A stretch of DNA of 12,196 bases. Origin: Amoeboradix gromovi X-113. Taxonomy: Eukaryota; Fungi; Sanchytriomycota. The notes beneath the pieces were generated by a model. It ran no database searches. It worked only from the letters and a program-made list of their open reading frames with translations, and was not told the origin of the DNA. A program made the position numbers and the translations under genes. Shown here one piece after another: positions 9,729 to 12,196 of the stretch. The stretch's first letter is position 1, and every line of letters begins with the position of its first letter. The stretch is from the NCBI GenBank assembly GCA_018985225.1, contig JADGIF010000270.1, forward strand, positions 1 to 12,196. Direction: 5' to 3'.

Positions 9729-9875
9729 ATGTCTCAGATGATAGACTCTATACTTAGCAAAAAAGAGAGCCTTACAGAAGCGTTGGCTAAATATGACGAA
9801 GTGTCTAAGCTAAATGTTAAATTGAAAGAGGAGGAAAAGACTTTGGCGAACTATCTAAGTCAGATCAGTAAATAA
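9729..9875 (+). CDS. SCOC: Short coiled-coil protein (SCOC/Slo1/UNC-69-like), 48 aa
   Basis: MSQMIDSILSKKESLTEALAKYDEVSKLNVKLKEEEKTLANYLSQISK aligns without gaps to the SCOC core as I recall it (…L.A..D.V…N.KLK.E…L..Y). Stop lies within AATAAA. Too short for the ORF track. Confidence 0.75.
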   Translation: MSQMIDSILSKKESLTEALAKYDEVSKLNVKLKEEEKTLANYLSQISK

Positions 9876-9879
9876 AACA

Positions 9880-10380
9880 TTTACCACCCAAGCCCCATCC
9901 ATAGCTTTTCTATTATGGTATAAGTGCCATTCTTCTAAGCGCAACCTTGGCCATTGTTGTACCGCTAATAAGTCAGATAAACTACGGAAATGCCCTGCCA
10001 TGATTTGGATGCATTCTCTGGGGGCGACTGATAGGGTTGATGAGAACCTGGTGATTCTGCTATAGTCGTGATAAACAGTAAACTCTTTGATTACACAGCT
10101 ATACTCTTATTCTTTCATGCTCATCATGTCTTGCGTACGGCAGAGATCGATATGATTTTATAGAGAAAACAGCTGCAGTCATTACAGAAAGCGTCGTGCA
10201 TAGTTATTCTGCTACGTATGAAAAACCATGCTGACGGTAAAGAGCCTGAATAGGCTACCATCACAGGCAATCTCGAAGGAATACTCCTGAGTTGTAGCTG
10301 GACCCATTTCCGTATATTCTCTCGAATTGAAACATGAAAGAATCAATTAAATCACTCTTCCCATCACGGAGAACGCTTGC
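9880..10380 (-). ncRNA. Candidate long structured RNA, unassigned; boundaries approximate
   Basis: Several helices with G-U pairs favouring the minus strand: hairpins 10232-10263, 10268-10294 and 9938-9966; 12/13-bp helix 9975-9987/9899-9911. No convincing CDS in this 732-nt gap. Confidence 0.25.
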
Positions 10381-10607
10381 TGTACAAAATTCATATGAAG
10401 TAACCTTAATCTTACCTAAATTTGGCTTTTTGGTGACGAATTTTACCGTCGTAGTAAATTTGTGTGATATTTGATATAATATGAGATCCTCTAAAAACCA
10501 AATCTCTAATTCTAGAAGTGGAGAGTTATCGACCACCTTAACTTAGTGACCAGCATAGCATATTTCTCTAAGAAAATTCTTGATTTTGTTGTTAATCAGG
10601 ACTTCAA

Positions 10608-10970
10608 ATGAGGAGCAGCGTTTCCAAATTGATTACGTTATTGTGTGACAGAGATAACTTAAAGATTCATCAGAGTAAAGAATGGGAGATTTTGTACCAA
10701 ACAATGGCGGACTCGCTAGATCAAAAAAGTATTGAAAAAGTAATCCATTATTACCATGAAAAAATGGAATTAGCTAAGTGGTATGTTTCTGCATGTAAAC
10801 TGCAAATGGAAAAAATTGAAAATTTTTATGTACAGGATAATAACATAAGATTAGAACATACTTTAGACAGAATATATAAAAATAACCAAGAGTGTCGGAA
10901 CTTTTTTTTAGAATACATTTCCAAGGCCTCTGCTAAGTTAGAAGATATGCGACATTTAAAAGTACTGTAA
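10608..10970 (+). CDS. Hypothetical alpha-helical protein, 120 aa
   Basis: CAAATG start context as in EEF1G; TAA followed by ATAAA; convergent with ARPC2 at 9 nt. No recognisable family. Confidence 0.75.
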   Translation: MRSSVSKLITLLCDRDNLKIHQSKEWEILYQTMADSLDQKSIEKVIHYYHEKMELAKWYVSACKLQMEKIENFYVQDNNIRLEHTLDRIYKNNQECRNFFLEYISKASAKLEDMRHLKVL

Positions 10971-10979
10971 ATAAATAGT

Positions 10980-11898
10980 TTATTTTCTGAATACTTTTCC
11001 AGATGCAGTAACTCGATTGTTACTGTCCCCATTCAACTGATCCAATTTAGCTCGGTTTAACACTTTCAACCATTCTCCTACTTTTGATCTCATTCGAGTA
11101 TGTAGATAAGCTTTTGAACACTTGATATGGTACTGTAAATAATTTCTGAACATTAGCATTTTACCAAGCTGTTCAATTTTGTTTTTTTGAATGTGCTGAG
11201 GAAAAACACTGAAAGTAATGTAAGAAGAATATCCTGAGTTAACGTGAATTACCGATAGATTGCCCACTTTGACCTGAAGTGTAAGATTTCAGCTCTAAAG
11301 GAATCTCTTTATTGTACATTACCTGAGGTGTTGCTTGCAATCCAACCAATTTACGAGCATCAATCAATTCCTGAATAAACACCTTAGCAACACCATCATC
11401 GTTTCCGTTCTCAAATACAATCTTGAAAATAATCGTTAGTCTGTCCTTCTCACCTTTGACAAAAATAAACTCACCCGCAAATTGAGAAATTATAATATTG
11501 CTGTTCTGGGTGTTTATGTAGTTGGATTGGGTAGGAAACAACAATGAAGTATTTTGTTCATAGATTTGAAGCAAAACTTTGCCGAGTAAGTTCATTTTTA
11601 GCTGTGGAATCAGTGATAACTGATCCTTGGTTACGGCAATTGTGAATGAATAATTGGCTTCAGTCTCCAATACTTTAAATTCCTTTAAACTGATATAATT
11701 TTGAAAATATTGATAGCCATTCAGCATTACGCTGATGGTGGTCTCGCCACTTCCGGGATATACTACATGATATTGAGAGTTATCATAATCTGTAATAACA
11801 CAGTCAACAACAATTGATGCCTCGTTTGCAATTGATTGAACGGCTTCTTTCATCAAAGGATGAGCGAGTGGAAGAACTGATCCATTATGAGCAGACAT
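10980..11898 (-). CDS. ARPC2: Arp2/3 complex subunit 2 (p34-Arc/Arc35); 2 exons (11898-11253, 11233-10980), 299 aa
   Basis: ITDYDNSQYH, DRLTIIF, AKVFIQELIDAR, PQVMY..EIPLEL, YITFSVFPQH, FRNYLQYHIKCSKAYLHTRMR, LKVLNRAK motifs. The track ORFs join in frame (…QSIG YSSYITF…, intron within the Gly codon) after a 19-nt intron. Confidence 0.96.
11234..11252 (-). other. 19-nt spliceosomal intron (phase 1) in ARPC2
   Basis: GTAATTCACGTTAACTCAG on the minus strand; removal gives a 900-nt CDS of normal ARPC2 size. Confidence 0.9.
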
Positions 11899-12196
11899 TT
11901 AAAACAAATACCCCGATCTCTACTAATATACAAAAATAATGTATTGAATGGAGCAAATAATGCCATTAAAAGCAGTGCAAACGTCAGTTAGTAGCTATAC
12001 ACATATTCAGCATTCTTGCCAATTTCTAAAATTACTATTATGATGCCAATTATGCTTGAGTTCCGATCTATGAAATACTTTACTTGTCAGAAAATCAGAG
12101 ACTTCCATAGAAAGACTGCCAGCACAATTAAATCATTTATAGAGGTTGCTCGTACTTTCACTACCCCACGGTGGGTTGAATGTCGATGTACGGTTC

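Noticed and set aside
9888-9900. ATGGGGCTT on the minus strand, like RNase MRP CR-V
   Set aside because: No matching GAAAGUCCCC-type CR-I upstream.
10044-10070. AACCTGGTGATTCTGCTATAGTC resembles the 18S rRNA 5' end; its complement resembles the U3 GAC box/box A
   Set aside because: Needs two gaps, the similarity does not continue, and U3 boxes C', B, C and D are not found in the right order.
10223-10229. AAACCAT, like the snR30/U17 m2 motif
   Set aside because: No m1 motif and no ACA box at the required spacing.
10261-10536. 91-aa minus-strand ORF
   Set aside because: GTG start, no in-frame upstream ATG or 19-nt intron, no AATAAA at the stop, no recognisable family.
477-11032. Remaining small track ORFs nested in or antisense to the main genes
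   Set aside because: Shadow ORFs with no motifs or gene-end signature.
11948-12196. Short + ORFs (36 aa from 11948; open frame from 12040 to the window end) and a possible 20-nt GT-AG at 11991-12010
   Set aside because: Splicing does not give a continuous frame and there is no recognisable product; downstream sequence is needed.

Overview
Extremely compact, AT-rich eukaryotic (opisthokont/fungal-like) nuclear segment read in the standard code. Genes: a divergent CDK-like Ser/Thr kinase with a C-terminal extension, a mitochondrial inner-membrane peptidase (IMP1/2 family), a PPR protein, a CSC1/OSCA/TMEM63 channel, eEF1-gamma, CDC40/Prp17, a 48-aa SCOC/Slo1-like microprotein missed by the ORF track, ARPC2, and two orphan ORFs. 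The two apparently frameshifted ORF pairs (CSC1 and ARPC2) are each repaired by a 19-nt GTAA...YAG intron with a YTNAY motif at the same position. Most spacers are 9-70 nt, and AATAAA overlaps the TAA stop in 8 genes. Two anomalously long, relatively GC-rich, non-coding gaps (8785-9728 and 9876-10607) flank the SCOC-like gene and contain candidate structured RNAs that I cannot assign to a family. The organism cannot be identified from the sequence alone.
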